Position numbers and translations under genes: made by a program | The notes under the pieces: generated by a model | Told to the model about the DNA's origin: nothing | Seen by the model: only the letters and a program-made list of their open reading frames with translations | The model's database searches: none | Part shown: piece after piece, positions 9,851 to 19,797 of the stretch | Layout: the number at the start of each line of letters is the position of its first letter | How positions within the stretch are numbered: position 1 is the stretch's first letter | Assembly: GCA_963821135.1 (NCBI GenBank) | Contig: CAWGCR010000003.1 | Span: forward strand, 788,959 to 852,958 | Direction: 5' to 3' | Length of the DNA: 64,000 nucleotides | From: an uncultured Bacteroidales bacterium | GTDB taxonomy: Bacteria > Bacteroidota > Bacteroidia > Bacteroidales > UBA10428

Positions 9851-10100
9851 AATTTTCCCGATTATATAAATATTTAAAGTAGAAAACTTCCTGATAGTAT
9901 CATAGAATGGAACGAAATTGTAAAACTTAAGTTACATTATAGTACAGATAAATATAAAGGATTCAGGCAACCATAGCGCTTTTCATTAGCCGAAGATTAA
10001 TGAGGGCAGGTGAAGCTTTCTCATTATTTTTTTTACTGAAAAACATCAAACTGATCGTATGGAAGGCGTGTAAGGAGTGTATGTTCGGCTGTGGAAAAGC

Positions 10101-10595
10101 TTAAGCCTTTTTTTCAATTTTATTAATTATTTCAGTTGATGAGGTAGGCTTTAGAAAGCTTGGAACAGTCCTCTTTACAAATTTAATTTCAATATTATTT
10201 TCCTTACAGAATTTGGTTTTTTCAATTACTGCTGAGTCATCATCATTTAAGATTAAGTAATCAGGCTTAATGGCTTTAGCTATTGAAACATAATCAAGTT
10301 TACCAGGACTTAACTCATCCTCACCAATTATGGCGTAATCGACAGGAACCATTGCTGCAACCAGGAAAACGCGGTTGGTTTGTGGATTAATGGGGCGGTC
10401 CGGGCCTTTTAGTTGTTTAATAGCAATATCGCTGCCTACAACAACAACCAGGGTATCAGCTATTTCTTTACACTGTTCAAAAAAAACTGCATGGCCTGAT
10501 TGCAGTATATCGAAACAACCCGAGCATAGTCCAATTGTACCATTCTTCTTGTTCTCAAATTTATCTGTTGAATCAAGTATTTTAGCTGCTATCAT
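10101..10595 (-). CDS. Cytidylyltransferase-like (HIGH-motif) nucleotidyltransferase, RfaE-domain-II / RibL-like
   Basis: 164 aa. GLCSGCFDILQSGHAVFFEQCKEIADTLVVVVGSDIAIKQLKGPDRPINPQTNR parallels the FDILHxGH..LKG..RP block of ADP-heptose synthase domain II. Confidence 0.75.
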   Translation of the reverse strand: MIAAKILDSTDKFENKKNGTIGLCSGCFDILQSGHAVFFEQCKEIADTLVVVVGSDIAIKQLKGPDRPINPQTNRVFLVAAMVPVDYAIIGEDELSPGKLDYVSIAKAIKPDYLILNDDDSAVIEKTKFCKENNIEIKFVKRTVPSFLKPTSSTEIINKIEKKA

Positions 10596-10628
10596 ATTCT
10601 TACATTCAAATTTATTTTCAGTACATAG

Positions 10629-11774
10629 TTAGCTTAATCTAACACTAATTTTAATCGCTCCTTCTGTAAAAGGATCTGCTGGTTCTTTTACCCGTATTAT
10701 ATATCCGCCATTGGAACCAGAAAACCCAAATCCCATTTTGTTTAATTCATAAGCTCTTTCTATTATATAGTCATTTACTGTATTGGGTAGAATTTTTTGC
10801 CACATCTGCCAGGTTTCCATCAACGATTCACCCAGCAATTCTGCATTCTTAGATTCTATAGCCTTGAAACATTTTTCTCCCGTCCTTCCCAGAATGGAAA
10901 TATCTTCTGAATTCAAATTTTGTGTTGCAAGCGGATTGTAATCAACCGGCCTGGGTTCTAAAGGAATCAATTCAATTACGCTCTCAAGCCAGTCGGCTAT
11001 TCCTTTATCCTCAATCGTTCTTATCCTGGGCCAGTATTCATTCTTTCCAAATTCAAGTTTACTAATCCCCGGCACTAGAAGTCCAATCTGATCCTGAGCC
11101 CCTGAAACGTAAAGACTACCAGGAGGGTTTTCAGCTCCAAATAATAATTTAGCCAGAACGTGAGGTGGCCTTCCTTTGGGTATCTCCCCGTTCCAAAGCT
11201 CATAAGCTGTTTTTCTGGAGCTAGTAGCCATTCCCGACCGATCATTAAAAGCCATTTGGCTCTTAATGCTTACAACTACTATACTCCCGGAAGCATATTT
11301 GTTAACAAACGGCTGATCAATCCAACCTCCTGCCAAACAAATTCTATATGGAAAAGTATCCGTTGAAGTTTTAACTTCCGCACTTGTTCTCTTGGGCAAG
11401 CCCGCTTTAGGAACATCAGGAACCTCTATATAATCAACACCTAATTTCTCGCAAAATTCTCTTTTCTCACTGGTTGATCCATCTTTGTTTACTACGAAAC
11501 AATCAGGCTTTAACTCAATCATGTTTGGTGCAAAGTCAAGCATTCCGCTTCCATGGGCCAACATTGCCTTCTTTACACACTTAATGTTTTCAACAATAAA
11601 CAAGCGTTCCTGCTCATTATATAAAGGGCTTTTTTTATTGAGTAAATGAGCATTATTATCCCTTCCAACACACACATACACATCTCCGTATGAGCTAGCT
11701 TGTTTTAAGAATTCAATGTGCCCATTATGAAGTAGATCGAAATTACCGCTAACCAAAACTTTTTTCTTTTGCAT
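10629..11774 (-). CDS. Fusion protein: N-terminal HIGH-motif nucleotidyltransferase + C-terminal GHMP-kinase-like (fucokinase/heptose-kinase-like) domain
   Basis: 381 aa. N-terminal part: KKKVLVSGNFDLLHNGHIEFLKQASSYGDVYVCVGRD. C-terminal part: FPYRICLAGGWIDQPFVNKY and NDRSGMATSSRKTA, which resemble GHMP motifs I and II. Confidence 0.6.
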   Translation of the reverse strand: MQKKKVLVSGNFDLLHNGHIEFLKQASSYGDVYVCVGRDNNAHLLNKKSPLYNEQERLFIVENIKCVKKAMLAHGSGMLDFAPNMIELKPDCFVVNKDGSTSEKREFCEKLGVDYIEVPDVPKAGLPKRTSAEVKTSTDTFPYRICLAGGWIDQPFVNKYASGSIVVVSIKSQMAFNDRSGMATSSRKTAYELWNGEIPKGRPPHVLAKLLFGAENPPGSLYVSGAQDQIGLLVPGISKLEFGKNEYWPRIRTIEDKGIADWLESVIELIPLEPRPVDYNPLATQNLNSEDISILGRTGEKCFKAIESKNAELLGESLMETWQMWQKILPNTVNDYIIERAYELNKMGFGFSGSNGGYIIRVKEPADPFTEGAIKISVRLS

Positions 11775-12025
11775 GAAGATAGATTTTGAAGGATTCGCTT
11801 CTGCGAAATTAACTTCTATAAGGTTTTTGGATCCCTGGAAAATCCGAAACTAAAATATACATCCTATTTGTTTTAACAAAAATTGAACTGATAAGAGCAC
11901 TTTTAGTTGATAAAACTATGTTACTTCCATACGAAAGGTTCTCTATCTTTTATTTAGAGTAAACATTTAACCTAGCTGGCGCTCGTTTAGCTTATAAGAC
12001 AAGCACAAAAACAATTGGAATTGAT

Positions 12026-13660
12026 CTATGCCTTCCGTACTTCCTCTTTGATACGCTGGATATGTCCCCGTCCCAATCCTTTTACCTCGCAACCAAGCTG
12101 AAAATAGCGACTGATATTATCATCGGATAATACGCCAAAACAATCAATAATGGCGGCTGGCTGGCCTATTTTTTTAACTACTTCATCAGGTTTCAAAGTG
12201 AGATAGGCTTCATGGCGAACCGCAAAGATAACAGCTTCTGCCCCATGCAACGCTTTATCTAAATCCTGCTCAATATGGATTTCTTTCAATTTTTCCTGAT
12301 TGCGAAAAAAGCGTGCTTTACTATGTCCTACACCAGGATATGTATCCTGTTGTTCAAATTCCCACCAATGTTCAACGTAAGGATCATGCACACGGATTTC
12401 GGCACCCATTTCAGCCAGTTTCCGGATGACAATTTCCGAACCGCTATAACGGGTATCACCTACATCCTCACGATAGGCGGCACCCAGCACCAATACATCC
12501 GCTGCGGCAATTGGCTGGCCCATATTACGCAAGGCATCGCGAGTAAGCTGGCCCACATGTATACCCCGTGTATCGTTTATATCGATGGCCATGGGGGTAA
12601 TTTTAAAAATATCATCCTCGAAACCCAGAATATGCTTATAAGCCCAAACGCCCAGCCCCCCATCTTTTGGAAGGCAATACCCACCAATTCCCGGACCTGG
12701 AAAAATCATATTGCTGTGTGTTGGTCTTACTTTAATAGCTTGTATAACTTTAATCAGGTCTACTCCATTGCGTTCCGAGTACAAACTCCACTCATCAAGA
12801 AACGCCAGAATAGTAGCCCGATAACTGTTTTCAACAATTTTAGCTGTTTCCGACTCGATGGGTCTATCCATTACTGTCAGTGGATATTCATCCGTATTTA
12901 ATACTTCGTTCAGGAATTTTACTACCTTTTCTTTTGCTTCATCGTTAATTCCGCTGCAAACACGCCAGAAATCACGAATACTAGCCACGTAATTACGACC
13001 TGGCATGACTCTCTCGTAACTGTGAGCCAGTAAGGGATCAGATTTAATTCCTCGTTTCTTAAATATTTTTTTCATTATGGGATAGGCAACCTGTTCCGTA
13101 GTGCCAGGTGCGACAGTAGTTTCTATCAAAACAAGTGTCTTGGGAGGAATGTGCTCGGCAATCACTCCAATAGAAGCCTCCAGAGCAGCCATATCGGTTT
13201 GACCAGTACGTACATCACCCAAATCCTCCTTGAGATAATCGCACTGCACATCCACTACTACCACATCAGCCAGTTTGAGAACATCATAAGTATAAGTTGC
13301 CATTAAAGTTTCTTTCTCATTTACACAACGGGCAATCATTGGATCTACTTCGGGATCCTCTGCTTTTACGGGAGAAACACCTCGATTGAGCAAAGGAATC
13401 TTCCAAAAACTCCTTACACTGGGACGCTGCATTCCGATAACAAATTTTGTGGGCCGATCCTTTTTATCTACGGTATCGGCAACAATAGCTGCCATAACTG
13501 CGCCGACAAATCCGACGCCCATCACCACTACAATTTCACGATTCTTGGCGCGTTCCTTATCAACACGCTTCTTAAGCATATCGAATTCAGATTTATACTC
13601 CTCAGGTTTTGGTAGCGGAAATTTTTCTCCGCTGGGACTAATTGAAAAATTATTACTCAT
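12026..13660 (-). CDS. Nucleotide-sugar dehydrogenase (UDP-glucose/GDP-mannose dehydrogenase family), extended form
   Basis: ORF 12026..13732. The ATG at 13660 is preceded by GGAGG a few nt upstream and removes an implausible extension. Rossmann motif VVVMGVGFVGAVMAA. Catalytic-Cys motif GIGGYCLPKDG. About 100 aa longer than typical family members. Confidence 0.85.
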   Translation of the reverse strand: MSNNFSISPSGEKFPLPKPEEYKSEFDMLKKRVDKERAKNREIVVVMGVGFVGAVMAAIVADTVDKKDRPTKFVIGMQRPSVRSFWKIPLLNRGVSPVKAEDPEVDPMIARCVNEKETLMATYTYDVLKLADVVVVDVQCDYLKEDLGDVRTGQTDMAALEASIGVIAEHIPPKTLVLIETTVAPGTTEQVAYPIMKKIFKKRGIKSDPLLAHSYERVMPGRNYVASIRDFWRVCSGINDEAKEKVVKFLNEVLNTDEYPLTVMDRPIESETAKIVENSYRATILAFLDEWSLYSERNGVDLIKVIQAIKVRPTHSNMIFPGPGIGGYCLPKDGGLGVWAYKHILGFEDDIFKITPMAIDINDTRGIHVGQLTRDALRNMGQPIAAADVLVLGAAYREDVGDTRYSGSEIVIRKLAEMGAEIRVHDPYVEHWWEFEQQDTYPGVGHSKARFFRNQEKLKEIHIEQDLDKALHGAEAVIFAVRHEAYLTLKPDEVVKKIGQPAAIIDCFGVLSDDNISRYFQLGCEVKGLGRGHIQRIKEEVRKA

Positions 13661-13741
13661 GATACCTCCATATTTTAAGATTAATTGGTAAGTTACAAGA
13701 AAAACTATATTAAATGATTGGTTAATTTGCAAATACTGTAA

Positions 13742-14647
13742 TTAATTTTTATATGCTGCATAGCGTTGATATAAAGGATATCCGAATACCGACAAAAGTA
13801 TAACTACGGTTCCAATATAAAATCCTGAGGACATATACTCACTTTCGCCGAAAAACAGGTAGGCCAGTATAATGCCGTACACCGGTTCAAGGTTTATTGT
13901 CAGGGCAACTGCATAGGCTGTAAGTTGCCTCATTACATCAACCTGTACCACAAAGGCATATGCAGTACAGACTATTCCCAGTAGCAACAGATAAAAAACA
14001 TCATTTACGGGCAGCGTTTGATAGCTTGCAAAATCACCCTCCTGAAATAGCAGGAAAATGCCAATTCCCAGCCCTCCTCCAAGCATCTCGTATAAACTAA
14101 TTACATAGGCTGAATGCTTTTCGACCTGTTTTCTGTTCATTACTGTAAATAATCCTGCCAGAAAGGCTGAAATTACAGCGGTCAGAATACCTTTCCAATA
14201 ACGAATTTCAAACTGAAAGATGATATATAATCCTGCGATAATTATTAATCCGATAATGATTTCAACCAGATCGAATCGCTTTTTATAAAAAATGGGTTCA
14301 AGAATACCGGTAAATAGCGTAGCAGAAGCCAGACATCCTAAGGTAACTGAAACATTCGACAATTTAATGGCACCAAAAAAAGTAATCCAGTGTGCGGCAA
14401 CCAGGACACCAATCAATATAGTTTTTACGACATCCCGGACAGGGAGTAGCATCGGGATTTTTCTGATCCGCAGAAAGATGTATATGGATACGCCCGCAAT
14501 AAGCATCCTGTACCACACCAATTCTACTGCTGAAATGCTAATGAGTTTCCCAAGAATAGCAGTGAAACCATATATAAGCACAATAAAATGCAGCTTTAAG
14601 TGACTCGCTATATGAGGTGATGGCATAAGTTTTTCTGAATCTGACAA
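13742..14647 (-). CDS. EamA/DMT-superfamily permease
   Basis: 301 aa, about 10 hydrophobic helices in two halves, typical DMT layout (ILGKLISISAVELVWYRM.., VISLYEMLGGGLGIGIFLL..). Confidence 0.8.
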   Translation of the reverse strand: MSDSEKLMPSPHIASHLKLHFIVLIYGFTAILGKLISISAVELVWYRMLIAGVSIYIFLRIRKIPMLLPVRDVVKTILIGVLVAAHWITFFGAIKLSNVSVTLGCLASATLFTGILEPIFYKKRFDLVEIIIGLIIIAGLYIIFQFEIRYWKGILTAVISAFLAGLFTVMNRKQVEKHSAYVISLYEMLGGGLGIGIFLLFQEGDFASYQTLPVNDVFYLLLLGIVCTAYAFVVQVDVMRQLTAYAVALTINLEPVYGIILAYLFFGESEYMSSGFYIGTVVILLSVFGYPLYQRYAAYKN

Positions 14648-14887
14648 TTATTCCAAAGTAGCTCCTGGTAAGCAGGAATTGCAAGATAATCATTTTTGTA
14701 AAGAGCATACAATAGCGATTGCATACCATTTTAAGGCATGATATGTATCGTGCAGGCTTTAAAGTTTTTCTTATAATTCCTAAAAGTTTTATCGCAGGGT
14801 TTCTGCCAGGTTCCATGCAAAAGCTTTGCACAGATACAAGAATTGTACTCTTGAGCTTTACACCATTTTGTTTTCTCAATAGCAGAA

Positions 14888-17800
14888 TTACTGCTTAAGT
14901 ATCTTTACTACCTCCTTAGCCTTCTCTGTAGAAACAGTTACGAAATACAATTGATTTCCTCGTAGATTGGAAACATCTAATGCTATTACCTGCTGTCCCT
15001 CATAGATGATCGGGGCAGAATAGGAACTTAACTTATTGCCGAGAACATCATATACTTCAAGTGTGACTTCATTTATCTCGTCTGAGGAGTAAAATGATAT
15101 ATTGATATGCTCCCCTTTCACAGGCATGGGATATGCTTTGACATTTAATATATCCTTTTGAGCAGTAAGGGGAATATCTATTACTGATTCAGGAATATAT
15201 TCATCTGGGCAGTATTCATAGGCTTTTCCCGGCGATCCTCCTATGCAACCGGCAAACCAGTTCGCCGCAATATCCAGGGCCCTTTCAGGATCTAACAGTT
15301 CAAGGGTCCTGCCAGAGAGATCGTCGCTTAAAGGCCAGGGGAAAATATCGGAATAACTGGCTGAAACCACCAGTTCATTATGTTGATTGTATATATTGAT
15401 TTCATCGGCAGGAGATCCTAAACCAAACGTAAATTCTCCCGTTACATTACTTATTCCCGGGTAGTTACCTTTGAAATTATTCAGGTTTTTGGTTACAACC
15501 AATCTTTCCCCTGAAGGTATGACGAGAGAAGATGGAAACTCAAACCGATGGTAAGCATCGTTATCGCTAAAATACCAACCATCAAGCTTGATCAGCGTAT
15601 CGGTGGCATTATATATCTCAAACCAATCGGTAGTATTAAAATTGCTGCCATCCTTATAATTGATTTCGCTGATGGTGATTCCCTCAAACTGACTTCCTGC
15701 AAGGACAAAATTAGCGGTAAAGACGTTTTCCTGATCAGAAATAACTGAAGTAAATGATTCTATCCCGGAATCGGAGATGTATTCGTTGGTGTTCCATCCG
15801 GAAAAGGAATACCCCGGATTTGGAATTGCCTCAAACCTGATTGGAATATCACTAAAGTACACTCCTTTCCAAGGATAATATGCAGGCGTTATTGTGCTAA
15901 TTTTAATTTTCCCCGATCCCTTGGGTACAACATCAAGTTCAATATCTATCACCCGGTCCAGGTCATACTGATTCAAGATGTGATTCCTGACATAATCAGA
16001 CCTGACCTCCAATTCTGAATTAAATATAGTATGATTGGAGGTGAAATCTGTTAACTGACCATCTATGTTTGAGGATCCCCATCTTTCATATTCACCGCGC
16101 ATTTCAGGCAAGATCTCCTCATACATCTCATTTTCAATGGCATTTAGTTCCTTGTATGAATAGTTTGTATTCATTAAATCGGCATACCGGTTAATAAAAT
16201 AATATTTGTATTCATTATTTCTCATCAGGTTGTACCAAAAACCGGTGTACGGTGAATTCGTACCAAAACCCTCCATATAATGAATGTGGTTAAAAGTAGA
16301 TGTTGTCCATTCATGAGGTTTCAGTGACCATTCCAGATCGATAAGAGCGAACTGCCAGCGCCAATTGGTCGATTCACATCTCCAGGCTTTAATATTGTTA
16401 TAAGGCCAGTCATTATTAGCTATCCAGGATTGCCCTATAATATAGTCGGTATAATTAGCAATATCCAGAAACTTATCTACTTCAGTAAGGTAGTCACCTC
16501 CTGAAGGACTTAATTCCCTGAAATAGTTCCAATCAGTGAGAAATTGATCTATTGATCCTTCTATTGCCTGAAGTGTTTGACCCTTAAAGTAACTAACCCC
16601 GATTAAATCCAGGGAGTCTGTATCCATAAGGTAATTATTCTCCAAATAATCGGCATTAATTTTCTCGCGTAATTCATACACACCAAAATACTCGCCATTT
16701 ATAAATGCCACAATAGGTCTGTAGGCCGAATAGTAATTAAAGGTACCTTTTCCCATTCCTTTTACTTCTGCTGCATCTTTATAGGGGAGTATGAGATACT
16801 GGTTACTTCCGTTGCGTACATAAAAGGAGGCATATTTGTCACGATTTGGTCTGTCAGGCTGAAGTTTATAATCCAACATGCCATCACCTAATGTGCCATG
16901 ATCGGGTTCAATCCGGAAGGAATGTTGTGGTTGGGAGCGGCTTCCGCCTGCCCCTCCATCAATTTGCATACCTGCTGCCTGACGAAAGGCCAGCCTTTTT
17001 TCGGTATCGAAATACTCCACATAACAGGGTTTGTTCCACGATTCGCCCCAATTAGTAAAAATACCGGTTTCTCCATACAGGTTTTCATTATTGGTTGTTA
17101 CTGATAATACCGGAACGGTAAAATCTTCATTAATAAAATAGGTGGCTGTACGGGTATCTCCGGGCAGTTTATCAGTGATGCTAAAGCAACGGGCCCTTAA
17201 AGTAGTGGTTGAATTCAAAGCTATTGGAGATCCATTGTATTTTGTTGAAGTTGAGGTAGGTATCGAGCCATCGTTAGTATATCTGACTTCACAATTCATT
17301 GAGCTGTCAGAAATTTCCACATCTATGGCACTATCGTAAAATCCGGCATCGATGCTAAAGACCGGGGTTTGTTCGTATCCATTCGTGTAGGGCGTTGAGC
17401 TGTTGTTGCTTTCCCCGGGGGTTGCTACTGTAAATACTGCCAGTTCATCCGCTCCGTCCGTACTCCTGCCCACAGAATAATCTATAGTGTTGCGGGATAC
17501 AGTAAGGGAGTCGATAAGGGTATTTCCGGGATTATACAGGTAAATGGTCTCTCCCTCAGAAGATATCTTAAAATTTGTATGTAAGTTTCTTTCAAGACTT
17601 ACCGATAACCACGCCGGAGCAGGTGAAAAATAAGCCTCATCTCCTTTTGTAGCAAATGACAGGTAGGGCACCAGACTTAAATCGGAGGAAGTAGTATTAA
17701 CATTATGAACTTCAATAGCAAAGACATTCTCTCCCTCCTTCCACGCAGACCGGATTATATTCATATCCAGTATAAATGCTTCCGGTAATCCCCCGTTATA

Positions 17801-18469
17801 CATAACTGCTTCGTGTTGAGTGCTAGATGTACTATTCCATTCCGGTGTTCCATCAATACTACTTCGGGCAATTTCAATGCCATTTAAATAGGCTACAAAT
17901 CCATCATCATAATCGATGTGACACACAGCCTGACTGATAGCATTCGTATCCGAAATAGAAAATATTTTACGAATGTATATGGCCATTGTACCATTTGGGA
18001 CCTGGGTAAGGTCATCGTTATCACCATATCCAAATCCAGCCTTGCCGGTTGGCCATGTTTGAGCGTTATAGGCTAATTCATTCCAGTTTTGAGATGTGTT
18101 TTCCCCGGGTACCAGGTAGTGAAAAATATCGGAAGGAAAAACAGCCGTTTCCCATTTCCGGGCTTCTTCAACAACATCCCTCCTGTCCTTGCCGGAGGCA
18201 AAGATCAGAAGATGAGAGTGAGGTTCAATCGTTATCGTTGGAAACACCCACTTATCAGGCAAAGCAAAATTATCACTTAGCGACCACCCTGAAAGCTTAA
18301 CAGCATCATCGGAAGTATTAAAAAGCTCTATCCAATCCTTGGTTTCCTCATCCTCATCGCTAATCTGGGAATAATTCCGATTAGAAGCCTCATTAATTAC
18401 CACCTGTGCACTAAGGGCTGAGCAAAAGAACAGAAGAGCTATTGGAAAAACATTATGAACCTTGATCAA
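14888..18469 (-). CDS. Secreted CotH-kinase-family protein flanked by two lamin-tail (LTD) domains, with Fn3_assoc-like module and T9SS type A sorting domain
   Basis: 1193 aa with a signal peptide. LTD-like segments are VVINEASNRN..DWIELFNTSDDAVKLSGWSLSDN (N-terminal) and ITISEINYKDGSNFNTTDWFEIYNATDTLIKLDGWYFSDND (C-terminal part). The central block YVRNGSNQ..YRPIVAFINGEYFGVYELREKINADYLENNY is CotH-like. VRYTNDGSIPTSTSTKYNGSPIALNSTTTLRARCF is chitobiase-C-like. The tail is YPMPVKGEHINISF..LYFVTVSTEKAKEVVKILKQ. Confidence 0.75.
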   Translation of the reverse strand: MIKVHNVFPIALLFFCSALSAQVVINEASNRNYSQISDEDEETKDWIELFNTSDDAVKLSGWSLSDNFALPDKWVFPTITIEPHSHLLIFASGKDRRDVVEEARKWETAVFPSDIFHYLVPGENTSQNWNELAYNAQTWPTGKAGFGYGDNDDLTQVPNGTMAIYIRKIFSISDTNAISQAVCHIDYDDGFVAYLNGIEIARSSIDGTPEWNSTSSTQHEAVMYNGGLPEAFILDMNIIRSAWKEGENVFAIEVHNVNTTSSDLSLVPYLSFATKGDEAYFSPAPAWLSVSLERNLHTNFKISSEGETIYLYNPGNTLIDSLTVSRNTIDYSVGRSTDGADELAVFTVATPGESNNSSTPYTNGYEQTPVFSIDAGFYDSAIDVEISDSSMNCEVRYTNDGSIPTSTSTKYNGSPIALNSTTTLRARCFSITDKLPGDTRTATYFINEDFTVPVLSVTTNNENLYGETGIFTNWGESWNKPCYVEYFDTEKRLAFRQAAGMQIDGGAGGSRSQPQHSFRIEPDHGTLGDGMLDYKLQPDRPNRDKYASFYVRNGSNQYLILPYKDAAEVKGMGKGTFNYYSAYRPIVAFINGEYFGVYELREKINADYLENNYLMDTDSLDLIGVSYFKGQTLQAIEGSIDQFLTDWNYFRELSPSGGDYLTEVDKFLDIANYTDYIIGQSWIANNDWPYNNIKAWRCESTNWRWQFALIDLEWSLKPHEWTTSTFNHIHYMEGFGTNSPYTGFWYNLMRNNEYKYYFINRYADLMNTNYSYKELNAIENEMYEEILPEMRGEYERWGSSNIDGQLTDFTSNHTIFNSELEVRSDYVRNHILNQYDLDRVIDIELDVVPKGSGKIKISTITPAYYPWKGVYFSDIPIRFEAIPNPGYSFSGWNTNEYISDSGIESFTSVISDQENVFTANFVLAGSQFEGITISEINYKDGSNFNTTDWFEIYNATDTLIKLDGWYFSDNDAYHRFEFPSSLVIPSGERLVVTKNLNNFKGNYPGISNVTGEFTFGLGSPADEINIYNQHNELVVSASYSDIFPWPLSDDLSGRTLELLDPERALDIAANWFAGCIGGSPGKAYEYCPDEYIPESVIDIPLTAQKDILNVKAYPMPVKGEHINISFYSSDEINEVTLEVYDVLGNKLSSYSAPIIYEGQQVIALDVSNLRGNQLYFVTVSTEKAKEVVKILKQ

Positions 18470-18654
18470 TCGTCTGAAATTTAAGTAATTACTATTTTTG
18501 GCGGGATGTTCAGCCTTATAAAGAAAGCAAGTTAATTCTTAAAATAAAAATTAATAATCCATTAAACAATCAACTTTCTCATTATGCTTTTAACATATTC
18601 CCAAAATTCATTTCTACAAATCCGTAGCTCCCGCGCGACTTGGCCCTGCGAATC

Positions 18655-19614
18655 CTAAAACCTGAAACCAACCCCCACATGACCCCAGGCATGATATTCG
18701 CCATCGGTAAACTCGGGGGATACAAAATTGAACTTCATGGTTGAAGAAATGTGCTTGTAGCTATACATAATGCCTATTTCAAATTCTGAAACCAATTGGT
18801 TTGTATTCTTATAGTTAATATGATAAACAGAACGCTCCGGGCCTGAATACCCTCCGTGTAAGGTTGCATCGTATAGTACATAATGAATTTTTGAAGATAC
18901 CGTTAAGGCTATTTTTAGTTTTTCATCGTTGCTGTCAAAAGATCCTCGTTCTCCAAAATTTGTTTCGTAATTTCCTACTTGATGATATAAGCCGAAAGTA
19001 CCCTTTGTCTGGTATAATCCCAATCTTCCTTCGGCAATATATCCTGATTGATTCCATTTCGAGCGGTAAAAATGTTTTCGTATTCCGGTTGAAAAATTTA
19101 TCAGAAAAGCATCAGACACCTGATGCTGCCAGCCAGATCCGGGTTCCACATTCAGGGCATCATGCACATAGTTCTGGGTTTCCTGCGAGAAAGCGTACCT
19201 CCCTAATATTCCAACCGATAATTCACTCCAAACCATCCTGTTTTTTGAAATATATTGTGTGCCGTAGTTTAATAAAAGCGTGCCTGCATAGGGCCTATCC
19301 CCGGTTCTTAAAGAGGAATCCTGGATATTACCCGGTGTGAAAATCTCCTGCTTAATGGAATAATAATTACGGTATTGCCCCCCTTTATTCCTTTTGTAAG
19401 GCAGTGCCATTATGTTATCTAATGCCTCTATTCCCCTTATTCCATTATACAGTGTAAATTGAACTCCGTTAGTATAATACTTATCTGTCTGTACAAACAG
19501 GTCATTGTCCCATTCAATGGTAAACAAAATAGATTCCTGCGACTGAGCGGAGACATCGATCGGGAAAATAAAACTTATTAAAACTACTATACCAAGTACT
19601 GTTTTCATTAGCAT
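18655..19614 (-). CDS. Outer-membrane lipid A deacylase LpxR-family (DUF2219) protein
   Basis: 319 aa with a signal peptide. N-terminal EWDNDLFVQTDKYYTNGVQF motif. Beta-barrel-like C-terminus ending GHVGVGFRF. Confidence 0.6.
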   Translation of the reverse strand: MLMKTVLGIVVLISFIFPIDVSAQSQESILFTIEWDNDLFVQTDKYYTNGVQFTLYNGIRGIEALDNIMALPYKRNKGGQYRNYYSIKQEIFTPGNIQDSSLRTGDRPYAGTLLLNYGTQYISKNRMVWSELSVGILGRYAFSQETQNYVHDALNVEPGSGWQHQVSDAFLINFSTGIRKHFYRSKWNQSGYIAEGRLGLYQTKGTFGLYHQVGNYETNFGERGSFDSNDEKLKIALTVSSKIHYVLYDATLHGGYSGPERSVYHINYKNTNQLVSEFEIGIMYSYKHISSTMKFNFVSPEFTDGEYHAWGHVGVGFRF

Positions 19615-19797
19615 TTACACAGGCTTACTTACGATATTTTACTGCATGAAATTATTCCTCACCGGACATTACAACTATCATACCAAAATAGGAAAAATGG
19701 TTATTTTGAGGTTAAAGGGTAAATTAGATTTGTACGTATGTTGTCTTGTTGACGAAGAGGTTATTTGGAAAGGATGCTGCATGCAGGGTCCTAAGCG

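Noticed and set aside
12275-12901. 208-aa plus-strand ORF
   Set aside because: It lies entirely antisense to the well-supported nucleotide-sugar dehydrogenase gene. The composition is low-complexity and no motifs are present, so it is a shadow ORF.
13661-13732. 24-codon N-terminal extension of the dehydrogenase ORF (MQINQSFNIVFLVTYQLILKYGGI)
   Set aside because: It reads like translated AT-rich spacer. The downstream ATG at 13660 has a GGAGG just upstream and begins sensible sequence.
14538-14879. 113-aa minus-strand ORF between the CotH and EamA genes
   Set aside because: It overlaps the 5' end of the EamA gene by about 110 nt in another frame and has an odd composition (many C, Y, F, K) with no motifs. 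It is probably non-coding promoter-region sequence.
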